Shown: positions 1-10,564 of the stretch, one piece after another
How the letters are laid out: every line of letters starts with the position of its first letter
How positions within the stretch are numbered: position 1 is the stretch's first letter
NCBI RefSeq assembly: GCF_001194135.2
Contig: NC_068982.1
Span: forward strand, 94,138,283 to 94,180,625
Direction of reading: 5' to 3'
Length of the DNA stretch: 42,343 nt
Origin: Octopus bimaculoides
Taxonomy: Eukaryota
Made by a program: the position numbers and the translations under genes
The notes under the pieces: model-generated
Told to the model about the DNA's origin: nothing
The model's input: the letters and a program-made list of their open reading frames with translations, nothing else
The model's database searches: none

Positions 1-95
1 ATAAGAGCATCACAGCAAACCACAGCACATACCCAAGGCACACAGAGCTGCGCTCGGTAGTGAAGTGAAAGCACTTTATAAAAATAAATCTACTG
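1..95 (+). mobile_element. 3' UTR tip of R4/Dong-like non-LTR element (continues off window)
   Basis: Nearly identical to the reverse complement of about 42049-42145, which follows an RLE C-terminal ORF. Followed by (AAC)n(AAT)n. Confidence 0.8.
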
Positions 96-116
96 AACAA
101 CAACAACAACAACAAC

Positions 117-182
<66 letters not shown>

Positions 183-192
183 AAGAAGAAGA
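96..192. repeat. Compound microsatellite (AAC)n(AAT)n(AAG)n
   Basis: Directly visible. Similar tracts at 617-723, 1909-2060, 2585-2660 and 4090-4160. Confidence 0.95.
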
Positions 193-196
193 AAAA

Positions 197-614
197 GAGC
201 AGCGTGGGCCCAGTCGTCATCAAGTAACTGCTAAAAGGTGAACGAAAGAAATGAATGTGGCTGTAATGGAGTGCTGCTATCTGGGTAATCCGAGAAATAA
301 TAATGAAGTACCTACTAGGGGATATAGGAAAAGAATGCACTGGGCATAGAGTGACAGAGGCCTACTTGGATGATACCGGTGGTAATTGGAGCATTAGGAG
401 CAGTTTCCAAGAGCTTTGAAAAACATATTAAGAATATCGGAGCTGCTGTCAGAATCGAAGTGATCTAGAAGACAGCATTGTTGGGTATAGTTCGCATTCT
501 AAGGAGAGTATTGTCTCTTTGAGTCACAAGAGAAGGTAATACTTGAAACCTTTGGTGATTTGTCATTGCCTGCTTTCAAGTAAACAACAGCAGCAAATAG
601 AACAGTAAGAATCA

Positions 615-616
<2 letters not shown>
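197..616 (+). mobile_element. Internally deleted R4/Dong-like element (N-terminal region fused to C-terminus and 3' UTR)
   Basis: 197-370 reads TKEMNVAVMECCYLGNP...RGYRKRMH (R4-type N-terminal block). 371-616 reads IPVVIGALGAVSK...KTALLG..RILRRVLSL* and closely matches the minus copy at about 37500-37740. Confidence 0.75.
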
Positions 617-651
<35 letters not shown>

Positions 652-673
652 AATAATAATAATAATAATAATG

Positions 674-723
<50 letters not shown>

Positions 724-727
<4 letters not shown>

Positions 728-960
728 CATGTGCAGTCTTCTTGCGCCTATCGTGTTAACTGGAACGACTCATGCACTGAGAAGAGCATTATCGCTGTGA
801 AAACAACATCCATTAATGAATTTATTTATTTATTATTTTTTTTAAATACATATTTTACCTGTGAATTTGCGTGTGTAAACTGGGAATGCATACAATGAGC
901 TTCTCTGCTCTAGGTGTACGGAAAATACTCGGTGAGAAAATTTGAAGAAAGAAGAAAAAA
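724..960 (+). mobile_element. 5'-truncated R4/Dong-like 3' end
   Basis: IVLTGTTHALRRALSL* (TGA 798-800) followed by a 3' UTR shared with 2401-2590; (AAT)n on both sides. Confidence 0.7.
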
Positions 961-974
961 AATGACAATAATAA

Positions 975-1905
975 TATACTCGTTTCAAACAGATATTTCC
1001 TCAGCCGCCTATTGTAGCATTTAGACGGAATAAGAATATAAGAGAATTATTGACCTCTATATCTGACTCCAAGAAAACGAACATTGGAGTATCTGCACGC
1101 TGTACCTTAAAGAACAGCTGCAAGAGAGGCAAGCGCTGTTCATTGTGCAACAACATGAGTGAAGTGAATTCCATCAGAAATCATAACAGAAATGTTATGA
1201 TTTATACAGAAGGGGGAACATGTAAAGGTTCCCATCTGGTGTACGCTGCAGAATGCGCGAAACACAACTTAATTTATGTTAGTTGTACAACAGAACAATT
1301 AAACAAAATGTTTTATGGGCACAGATTCGACGCCAGGCACAATAACAGTAGTTCGATAAAACTTGCTGAACATTTCGTTTCAAGCGACTGCAATTTTGAA
1401 GAAGACTTAAAAGTGCATATTCTCAGAAAATATTCTGAATCTGCTTCACTTTCACATCTCAGAATATATGAGGAGAAATATGTTTGCAGGTTATTAACAT
1501 CACGCCCTGGAGGAATGAATAAGAGGATAGGTGAATATCATCAAATTTATACAAAACTGTTTGATTAAATATTCTTCTTTCTTTCTTTTTCTTCCCGTTT
1601 TGTTCTGTGGTCTTCTTTTTTCTGTCTTTTTTCTGTCTTTTTTTCTGTCTTTTTCTTTTCGCCTATTATAAAATTGTAACTTAAAAACTGATGATGTCAT
1701 TCCATCAACATGTGGACGCTAGTTGCTCTCGTTGACACTGTACGTTTAAATTTCTATAATTTTAAATTTTTATCACTTCTTATTTTGAACTTGACAAAGA
1801 CAGACTTACTGTTGAAATACTGTTCAACTAATAAAATATCTTACAATCGAATCGCGCTCTTCGTCTTGACTGTTTACCTTTGTGAAGAGTGACGTCAATC
1901 CCTTT
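975..1905 (+). mobile_element. 5'-truncated Penelope-like element: RT-EN linker, GIY-YIG endonuclease and 3' region
   Basis: Frame open from 975 to the stop at 1568. Contains IFPQPPIVAFRRNKNIRELL (PLE linker), Cys cluster CKRGKRCSLC, LVYAAECAKHNLIYVSCT (GIY-YIG-like with CxxH insert), HR..., LAEHF, and E..Y..RL.T..P.GMN. YVG>YVS and R>M changes suggest decay. Confidence 0.85.
1785..1827 (+). ncRNA. Candidate variant minimal hammerhead ribozyme in the PLE 3' region
   Basis: ttgaac (1785-1790) pairs with gttcaa (1822-1827), enclosing TTGACAAAG, hairpin ACAG-actta-CTGT, and TGAAATAC. The core deviates from CUGANGA. Confidence 0.35.
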
Positions 1906-1908
1906 TAA

Positions 1909-1960
<52 letters not shown>

Positions 1961-1994
1961 ATAATAATAATAATAATAATAATAATCATAATCA

Positions 1995-2025
<31 letters not shown>

Positions 2026-2062
2026 AAGAAGAAGAAGAAGAAGAAGAAGAAGAAGAAGAAAA

Positions 2063-2375
2063 GGCTGCCGGAAACATCTAGGTGAGATCACAGGAGAGCC
2101 ATGCCTCAGAGAAATCCTTAGCCAGCAGACTAAGGTGACATTGTTTACTGGTCATGCTTCAAGAACTCTGCGACAAGTACTGCCCACATCCTTATAAAAA
2201 CCTAATCAATCTAAATGAATGTGTTGTATTACATGAAGATACTTCGCAACCGCTCCTGCCACTTGCCCTCCTCAAGCTTTCAGTCAGAGTGTAACATCAC
2301 TCATCCTTCACTCTTCCTAGGACCCTGGGCGTGTCTTGGCGAGTGATTGTAATAAAACATGCAGATTAAAAGTAA
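2063..2375 (+). mobile_element. 5'-truncated RLE (R4/Dong-like) 3' end
   Basis: KHLGEITGEPCLREI...LFTGHASRTLRQVLPTSL* resembles the conserved C-terminus; followed by a 3' UTR ending in aataataat. Confidence 0.6.
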
Positions 2376-2400
2376 ATAATAATAGCAACAACAACAACAA

Positions 2401-2590
2401 CATGTACTGAGAAGAGCATTATCGCTGTGAAAACATCCATTCATGAATTTTTCTTTTTTCTTAAATATATGTTTTACCTGTGAATTTGCGTGTGTAAACT
2501 GGGAATGCATACAACGAGTTTCTCTGCCCTAGGTGTACGGAAAACACTCGGCGAGAAATGGAAGAAAATTTGAAGAAAGAAGAAAAACAA
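2401..2590 (+). mobile_element. 5'-truncated R4/Dong-like 3' end (same subfamily as 724-960)
   Basis: HVLRRALSL* followed by a near-identical ~190 bp 3' UTR; flanked by (AAC)n and (AAT)n. Confidence 0.7.
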
Positions 2591-2603
2591 CAACATAATA
2601 ATG

Positions 2604-2660
<57 letters not shown>

Positions 2661-4089
2661 GGGTGCCGAAAAAGGAGCCGGAGAATGAAGTCTCATGTCT
2701 GAATTGATAATCTAATTATCAGGAACTGCAAGAGAAGACATACAAACCTGAGTATGGCATGGGTGGGACTATTGCAAGGCATAGAATATAATACCACACT
2801 CCTAGATAATAAGAATAATGAAAATGTATGGAGCAGCAGAGAATATAAAAAGCTTTATATGGAATAGCATGAAATGTTGGAGAAAGGAATTGACTGCACG
2901 GAAGCAAGTACTAAGAGAGGTGAAAATCAAGAGAGGAATCTTCGAGGGGGACAGTGTGTCCCCACTGATATTCGTGCTGGGAGTGATCTCCTTGGGTGAA
3001 ATACTACAGAAAACAAAGTTTGGGTATGATCTGGGAAGAGGTAAGGGAAAACTAAACCACTTGCTTTTCACGGACGACCTGAAGCTATTTACAAAAACTG
3101 AGACTGAACTGGACAGCCTAGTCCAGTCTTTGCGGATTTTCTCCAGTGATATTAAGATGGAGTTTGGACACAAAATGAGCTACGATAGTGATGAGCCGAG
3201 GAAATCTTGTCAGGATAGAAGGCATATGGTTGCCAAATGGTGAAATGATGAATGCAATTCAACCTCAATTCAACTATAAATACCTGAGAATACTTGAGGC
3301 AGATGGAATCAAATACCACGACATAAAGGAAATGCCAGAAACATAATTTCGGCATGAACTCGCTCGCAGTGGCAGTAGTTCGGTATGGCGCCGGAATCCT
3401 GGAGTAGACAGAGGAGGAGCTAAAGTGGATGGACAGGAAACCAAGAAAGCTCCTAACGATGCATGGAGACAATCATCCACGTGCAGACACTGATCGCCTG
3501 TACATGAAGAGAGCAAATATGGAAGAAGGGGACTGATAAGTGTGGAAGAGTGCGTGCGTATCGAACACAAGAGCTGTGCGAAAAGTGGGGGGTAGATAGA
3601 GGCAATGTGTGATATGAACACAAACCACAGAGAGCGGTGGAGTCGGAGACTAGCAAAATCCTCTGGGATTTCCCAATCCAAACAGATCAAATGCATAACA
3701 GACTGGACCTAGTGGTGGTGAGCAAGGTGCACCACACATATACTATATAGCTGATGTTGCATGCCACTTTGACTTACGAATATTCAAGAAAGAAGGCGAA
3801 AATAAAGATAAATACAACTCTACGAAATAGCTTGGCTATGGAAAATGAAGAAGGTTAAGTACCAATTATTGTTGGGGCCTCTGGAACAGTATCAGAAGGC
3901 ATCCAGAGGAATAAACAGGAAATTAGAATAGAGTGCTCAGTAAAGCTATTACAAAAGATTTGCCTCCTAGGCCAGAATAATCAGGAAAGTATTAGATAGC
4001 TGAAAAGAACGAATAGCTTGGTACCGTAGGCTGCAGGTAGTTAGCCCGCTACGCAAGCAAGACTTCAGGAGCTCAAATAAAACCTGTGG
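2661..4089 (+). mobile_element. Decayed R4/Dong-like non-LTR retrotransposon (RT, thumb, RLE, 3' UTR)
   Basis: RT motifs KRGIFEGDSVSPLIFVL and LLFTDDLKLF (ORF 2818..3243), then DRLYMKR, ILWDF.IQTD and PIIVGA. Frameshifted; the CCHC knuckle segment is missing. (AAT)n at both ends. Confidence 0.9.
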
Positions 4090-4106
4090 TAATAATAATA
4101 ATAATG

Positions 4107-4139
<33 letters not shown>

Positions 4140-4159
4140 GTAATAACAATAATAATAGT

Positions 4160-4342
4160 AACACCTACAAAAATCAGCATTAGTTGGAACTGCAAGTATT
4201 CTTCGCAGAGATCTTGAAGTATGACCAGTAAACAAGTGATAAGTGAAGAATTTGTGGACAAAATAGTGCAACCATATGGCATATTACCAGTCAATGTACA
4301 CTACTAACTCAGAAAGAATATGAGACGTCATGCCAATATAGC
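4160..4342 (+). mobile_element. Two out-of-order R4/Dong-like fragments (C-terminus, then zinc knuckle)
   Basis: 4160-4235 matches about 31195-31270 (HLQKSALVGTASILRR). 4236-4342 matches about 12600-12710 (DK.RICGQN...WHITSQCT...QKEY). Confidence 0.75.
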
Positions 4343-4374
4343 ATCATCATCATCATCATCATCATCACCATCGT

Positions 4375-4405
<31 letters not shown>

Positions 4406-4472
4406 ATCGTCATTATCATCATCATCGTCATCATCATCATCATTCTTATTTGTATTATTTAATTGTTGCTCA

Positions 4473-4538
<66 letters not shown>

Positions 4539-4541
4539 CAC
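4342..4541. repeat. (ATC/GTC)n and (AC)n microsatellites
   Basis: Directly visible. Other simple repeats: 5040-5145 (ATCT/GTCT), 6006-6072 (TTCC/TTTC), 6658-6710 (AG), 8235-8380 (AT/AC). Confidence 0.95.
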
Positions 4542-5037
4542 AATAATTTTAACTAACAGAAGTCAAACCAATGTTACGTACGTTTCAGTATACGAAAGCC
4601 ATTTATTTAATATTTCACACAAATTATACAATTTTATGCGTTAAAATTAGACTTCATCGACTTTCGTAGACATACTTTGATTCACAATCAACTCATAAAT
4701 TATGCATAACAAGGGCATAACTTTGTTGATGATACGAAACAAATGGCGTTCTTTTATCAAAACATACATATTGATTTGAACTCTCTTTTTCTCAATTAAC
4801 GTTATTGTTATTACCTCTGTGAGGATTATAACATACTTATTTGATATAAAATTTCTTGGATTGACGAAGTGTTCTTTAATAATTGACCGAAGTATAACCA
4901 ATTACTCTTTGGTTAATTACGAGTTGGAACTTTTATATCAATTTTCGAATACTATGTTACCTCGGTTCCTGCATGAAGTTTGCTTAGGTGATCGCCTGCG
5001 CGTTACTTATTCCCGCAATTGTAATATATATGTATAA

Positions 5038-5116
<79 letters not shown>

Positions 5117-5159
5117 ATGTTATTCTGTCTGTCTGTCTGTCTGTCAAGCTAGCTAGCTC

Positions 5160-5313
5160 TTTTACTCTATTACTGTTTTACACGTTTCTGTTATTTGACC
5201 GTGGCCATGCTGGAGCACCGCTTTAGTCGAAGAAATCGACCCAGGACTTATTCTTTGTAAGCTTTGTACTTATTCTATCGGTCTCTCTCTCTCTCGCTCT
5301 CTCTCTCTCTGTC

Positions 5314-5362
<49 letters not shown>

Positions 5363-5543
5363 TTATTTATATATTTATACGACGGGCTTCTTTCATGTTT
5401 CCGTCTACCAAATCAACTTACGATGTTTTGGTCGGTCCGAGGCTATAGTAGAAGACACTTGCCCAAGGTGCCACGCAGTGGGACTGAACCCGAAGCTATG
5501 GTGTTAGGAACCAAGCTTCTTACCACACACCCACGCCTGCGCC
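5160..5543 (-). mobile_element. tRNA-derived SINE, family C, with internal (TC)/(AC) microsatellite
   Basis: Minus-strand head ggcgcaggcgtggg...GGTTCAGTCCCACTGCGTGGCACCTTGGGCAAGTGTCTTC. Tail ggtgctccagcatggcc shared with 21961-22245. Confidence 0.8.
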
Positions 5544-6035
5544 TATATGTAGATATCGCAGCTGGTTTTAATTGTCCTATGATAATTATGATACATCCTC
5601 TAACGTCGAATAAAATATTAATAAATCAAGAATTAATGATATTGGATACTCTTGTATTTGTCTAAGTTGGCAAAATGTATGCCACTGGCCACTCTTAGTT
5701 GTTTCTCTTAGCTCATACTTTGTAAACTATGCAAATTACCTAGTCTTAGTCCTTTGCTGCTTGAAATAAGGTTGGACGATTGTCGTGCCTACTGAGACTG
5801 TGACAACTGTTCTCTTATCTCCAAACAATAAGCCTGTCCTTCTCATTATTACTGTTTTAACTTTAGAGAATACTTGATACTTGAGCTTGTCATTCTTTCT
5901 CATGTGGAGCTGGTCTCAACAGCTATTTGCTAATTATGACGTCCTCTTGAGATGGAGATAATTTAAATAAAGCAAGACGTTATATCGTATGGAATTTGAT
6001 TTCGCTTCCTTCCTTCCTTCCTTCCTTCCTTCGTT

Positions 6036-6074
<39 letters not shown>

Positions 6075-6656
6075 GTTTGTCTGCTGTCTCTCTGCATATA
6101 TTTATACACACACACAAACATATAGATATGATAGACATAGATACATGCATACATACATATGTATATATACGTGTGTGTGAGTGCGTATACATATATATTA
6201 TGGACGGAGTATAATCATATTTTTACACAGATTTATATGCAATTGCAATTGTTATTTGCGGAAAAAAAAAACATTCGATGAGATAAAACTGAGAAGCAGA
6301 AAAAAGTTATTATATATAATCGATGGCAAAAATAAAATCTAATGTACAAATATTTAGCTTTCTGAATTTGTGGAAGAACTCGCGACAGGTTGGTTTTTAG
6401 TCATTTTTAGGGTAATGAAATAGATGATCTCCACATAAACTAAATTTAACACAACCACTATCATAAACATACAGAACGAAATATCCTCCTTAAATCGCAT
6501 ACTAAAATCGATGACTACTATTTCACAACTGTCTCGGCAAGGTTGATACTTGCAGTAGCCAGCGACTGAGATGCATAATGCATTAAGTATTTCTTTAGGT
6601 TTATATAAGTGGTGTACATATATAGCTCCGCCAATATAGGGGAAAAAATTAGGTAT

Positions 6657-6714
<58 letters not shown>

Positions 6715-7349
6715 GAAAATCTAAGTGTGTGAGTGAGTCTGTGAAACTGAATATCTGCGAGTATGTATAGATAATTGGTTTTTTTGGTAAAGCAAAAAGC
6801 CATTACAAGTCTCATTTCTTAATGNNNNNNNNNNNNNNNNNNNNNNNNNNNNNNNNNNNNNNNNNNNNNNNNNNNNNNNNNNNNNNNNNNNNNNNNNNNN
6901 NNNNNNNNNNNNNNNNNNNNNNNNNNNNNNNNNNNNNNNNNNNNNNNNNNNNNNNNNNNNNNNNNNNNNNNNNNNNNNNNNNNNNNNNNNNNNNNNNNNN
7001 NNNNNNNNNNNNNNNNNNNNNNNNNNNNNNNNNNNNNNNNNNNNNNNNNNNNNNNNNNNNNNNNNNNNNNNNNNNNNNNNNNNNNNNCATTTCTAAATCT
7101 CTCAGAGAGATTTATGCAGTAATGATACGATAAAGCAGCTGTATGTTGTCAACTTAATGTAACAGTCCCATGAAGAGAACAATACTACTGCTATTTAGCC
7201 CCAGGAAGCAGCACCGTTTCCTGTCGGCCTTGACACATTTCCTGTGTCCTTATGTTTACAAGGGGGAGACAAGCACCTCCACCCAGCTAAGCCTGCATCC
7301 AGAGACTAGTTTCTGAGTCTTTGCGCGTCATCAGTCTTTACTCTTCATC

Positions 7350-7740
7350 AGTTTTCCCCGTCACCAGACTGATGACGAGCAAAGATCTCACCAACAAATT
7401 CAGGAGTTCTGTTCTTATCAGAACGATAAAAGTGAGTTTTCTGAACTGCTTTACCTCTGTATTCACCATTAGACTCATTCAACTCTTTCCGAATCCTCTG
7501 CACTGTCTTCAGATTGACACCCAAACACTCTGAAATGTTCATATTGGAGCTTCTGGCGCGAATGCCAAGCAGTACAGTATGTCGTTTCCAAATTTCTAGC
7601 AGAGTGAATTGCTCCTTGGTGCTGTATTACTCACAGATGGTGTCCAACTGACCCTACTATACTTTGTTGTTGACAAAATAAAAAACAAATAATGCGCATG
7701 CATGAAATAAAAAATATAAAAGGGTAACAATTTACCCATG
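7350..7740 (-). mobile_element. Tc1/mariner fragment: partial 5' TIR and transposase HTH N-terminus
   Basis: EIWKRHTVLLGIRARSSNMNISECLGVNLKTVQRIRKELN. Positions about 7540-7740 align with 32955-33160. Confidence 0.8.
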
Positions 7741-7969
7741 GCATATCTTTCTACGGCTGGATGCCCTTCCTAACGCCAACTACGCCATAGGTTTCCCGTC
7801 CATAAAGCGTGTTGCCTTATGGCATATCGTTGACCCATGACCTCTAAAAAATATGGAGGGGGAACGCCTTATTACTCAAATGAAACAATTGGGGATTATC
7901 TCCCTTTTCTATTGGCTATCGAATTCCGGCTGTACCGCCGTCTTGTGGGCTGCAAAAGGCTATATATGA

Positions 7970-8206
7970 GCTGCCAATGGCACGTAAAAGCATCCCGGTC
8001 TCACGTAAATGGCAGCCGTTCTGGTGGTACGTAAAAGCACCCAATACACTCTCGGAGTGGTTGGCGTTAGGAAGGGCAACCGGCCGTAGAAAACTATGCC
8101 AGATCAGACTCGAGTCTGGTGCAGCCTTCCAACGTGCCAGCCTGGTCAAACTGTTCAACCCATGCCAGTATGGACAACGGACGTTAGATAACGATGATGA
8201 CGATGA
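7970..8206 (+). mobile_element. 3' half of SINE, family D, with (GAT)n tail
   Basis: Duplicated acgtaaaagca, ggttggcgttaggaagggca..gccgtagaa core, and gatgatgacgatgat tail. A short inverted copy lies at 7749-7780. Confidence 0.65.
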
Positions 8207-8305
8207 TATACGTAACACAAACATATATACATGCATATATATATATATATATATATATATAACACATACAGATAAACATACAAATATATATTTATNNNNN
8301 NNNNN

Positions 8306-8383
<78 letters not shown>

Positions 8384-9324
8384 CTTATATAAACATACGT
8401 ATAGATACATACACTCGCAGATATATTTATGAATGTCACACGTAAACAAACTAACATACACATCCAGTTATGTATAATATATACACTCAGAGTTCATCGA
8501 TTGAGAAGCTTCGTTACATGTTCGTTTATTTATTTATCAGTACATTTTGAAACACATTTTATTAACCAACACGTGTTATAGTTAAGCAATGTAAAAATTA
8601 CAACCTGAACAAATTAAAAAAAGCAACTACGTGAAGCAAATGGAAATGAAAATATCTTGGAACCAACAATATAAAAATAAATATCATAATGAACTGTTAG
8701 AATATTTGGATACATTTTATTTCCTTTGACAATTTGTATTTCGTTGTATTTTATTATATATTACTTATCAGATTTACTTTTTATTTTCGTTTAACAGAAA
8801 ACTTTTTTCAAGATTTTATATAACAAAGGAATAACTACTGAAGTTACATTAACTTGCCTAAAATGTTATTTATATGTCTCATCAGGGAATAAAATAAATA
8901 TAGACCAACAGTGAACGAGATCAAACTTTTCTTGTCTCTGATTCGTTTGCATATATTTTTTTAAAAATAGGATACCGTAGATGACAATATTTCTTTAAAA
9001 TACAGAGACGTTATACTTTATTACGACGTTGAAAGTTATTTCTGGCTGGTTGGATTTTATTATTTTGTTTTTCTTTCTCAGCATTATGCATATTTTATAC
9101 AGCTGAGATTCAATGCGAGAAAAAAAAAATACTAAAACATTTTGAAAATTTCAGACGCATGTTATTTACCATATATTTTCGAATATCCCAGGCAATGAAA
9201 TTTTCTTTAGTATTTTCCTTCTTATTTGCTTTCAATATTATATTCGTTTACTCATCGTTAGAATAGATTTTCTGGAGATTTGTTACATGTACAATTATTA
9301 TATTTTTACTATTATTATCATTCA

Positions 9325-9995
9325 GGCGGCAAGCTGACTGAATCGTTAGCACGCCGGGCGAAATGTTTAGCGGTATTTCGTTTACCGGTACGTCCTGTGT
9401 TCAAATTCCGACGAAGTCACCTTTACCTTTCATCCTTTCAGGATCGATGTAATAAGTACCTGTTCAAAACTGGGGTCGATATAATCGTCTATCCCCTCAA
9501 TCAAAATTCAGGACTTGTGCTTATAGAAGAAAGGATTATTGTTAAGGCGGCGAGCTGACAGAATCGTTAGTACGCTGGGCGAAATACTTAGCGGTATTTT
9601 GTCTGCCGTTACGTTCTGAGTTCAAATTCCACCGAGGTCGACTTTGCTTTTCATCCTTTCGGGATCAATAAATTAAGTACCATTTGCGCAATGAGTATTA
9701 TCTAATCGACTGGCCCTTTCCCACTAAATTTCAAGCCTTGTGCCTATAGTAGAAATATTATTATTGTTATTATTATTATTATTTAAGGCGGCAAGCTGGC
9801 AGAGTCGTTAGCGCGCTGGACGAAATACTTAGCGGTATTTCGTCCGTTGCTACCTTCTGAGTTCAAATTCAACCTCGGTCGACTTTGTTTTTTATCCTTC
9901 CGGGGTCGATTAAACCAGCAGTTACGAACTGGGGTCGATGTAATCAACTTAACCCCTTCTTTCAAATTTCAGACCTTGTGCCTACAGCAAAAAAG
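9325..9995 (+). mobile_element. Three head-to-tail tRNA-derived SINEs, family A (starts 9325, 9546, 9787)
   Basis: Each begins GGCGGC.AGCTG.CAGA.TCGTTAG, has a B-box-like GTTCAAATTC and a core like GTCGACTTTGCCTTTCATCCTTTCGGGGTCGATAAA, and ends in a short ATT tail. The core resembles the MetaSINE domain (inference). Confidence 0.9.
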
Positions 9996-10011
9996 ATTAT
10001 TATTATTATTT

Positions 10012-10563
10012 TGAGTGAGAGAGCAGCGACTGCAATCAAAGTGACACTAGGGTACAATTATTCGAAGCCCAATATACGCATCATGACTACCCCATCTGAT
10101 AAGGATACACCAGGGATATTCATCACAAACACATGTGCATGACATGGTGATCTTATATTAAGATAAACACCGCATGACCTTCCAGGTGGGGCCCATTTAG
10201 AATTTTTTTCAGCTGGAGTCGCCCATCCCAATCAAAAGGTCCCTGAATAAGGTTCGCTTAAGGATGATGAACGAAACACCCATGTTTCTAGAGGTGAATT
10301 ATTCAAACCCCAAAGAATTCCTCTCAACACATGGCTATGATGCTCCCCACTACCTGTGCTCGTGATCAGAGATGCAAATATCGTCAGCCACCAAGGGACA
10401 TACTCAACTGGTTAAGGTCAAACAACTGACAATCAAATCTATGGTATTGAGCAGAATATTTGCTGTGGCCCATCTTTTATACAAAGACAAAACAATGTAC
10501 ATGATAACATTTCCAATCATTTAAGATCAGAAGTCATGAGAGCCGCTGCCTGGTACTGCATCA
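10012..10563 (-). mobile_element. Interspersed repeat family B (LINE 3' UTR or non-autonomous element) with (AAT)n tail
   Basis: About 10240-10475 matches 41265-41505; the 3' tip recurs at 11807-11848. No ORF recognised. Confidence 0.65.
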
Positions 10564-10564
10564 A

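Noticed and set aside
671-898. Poly-Ile/Leu/Arg/Ser/His-Thr ORFs throughout (e.g. 671, 1828, 1889, 4320, 12334, 28822, 29769)
   Set aside because: They are translations of microsatellites.
9325-9420. SINE heads as tRNA genes
   Set aside because: They have A/B-box-like motifs but no cloverleaf and run into SINE core and tail sequence.
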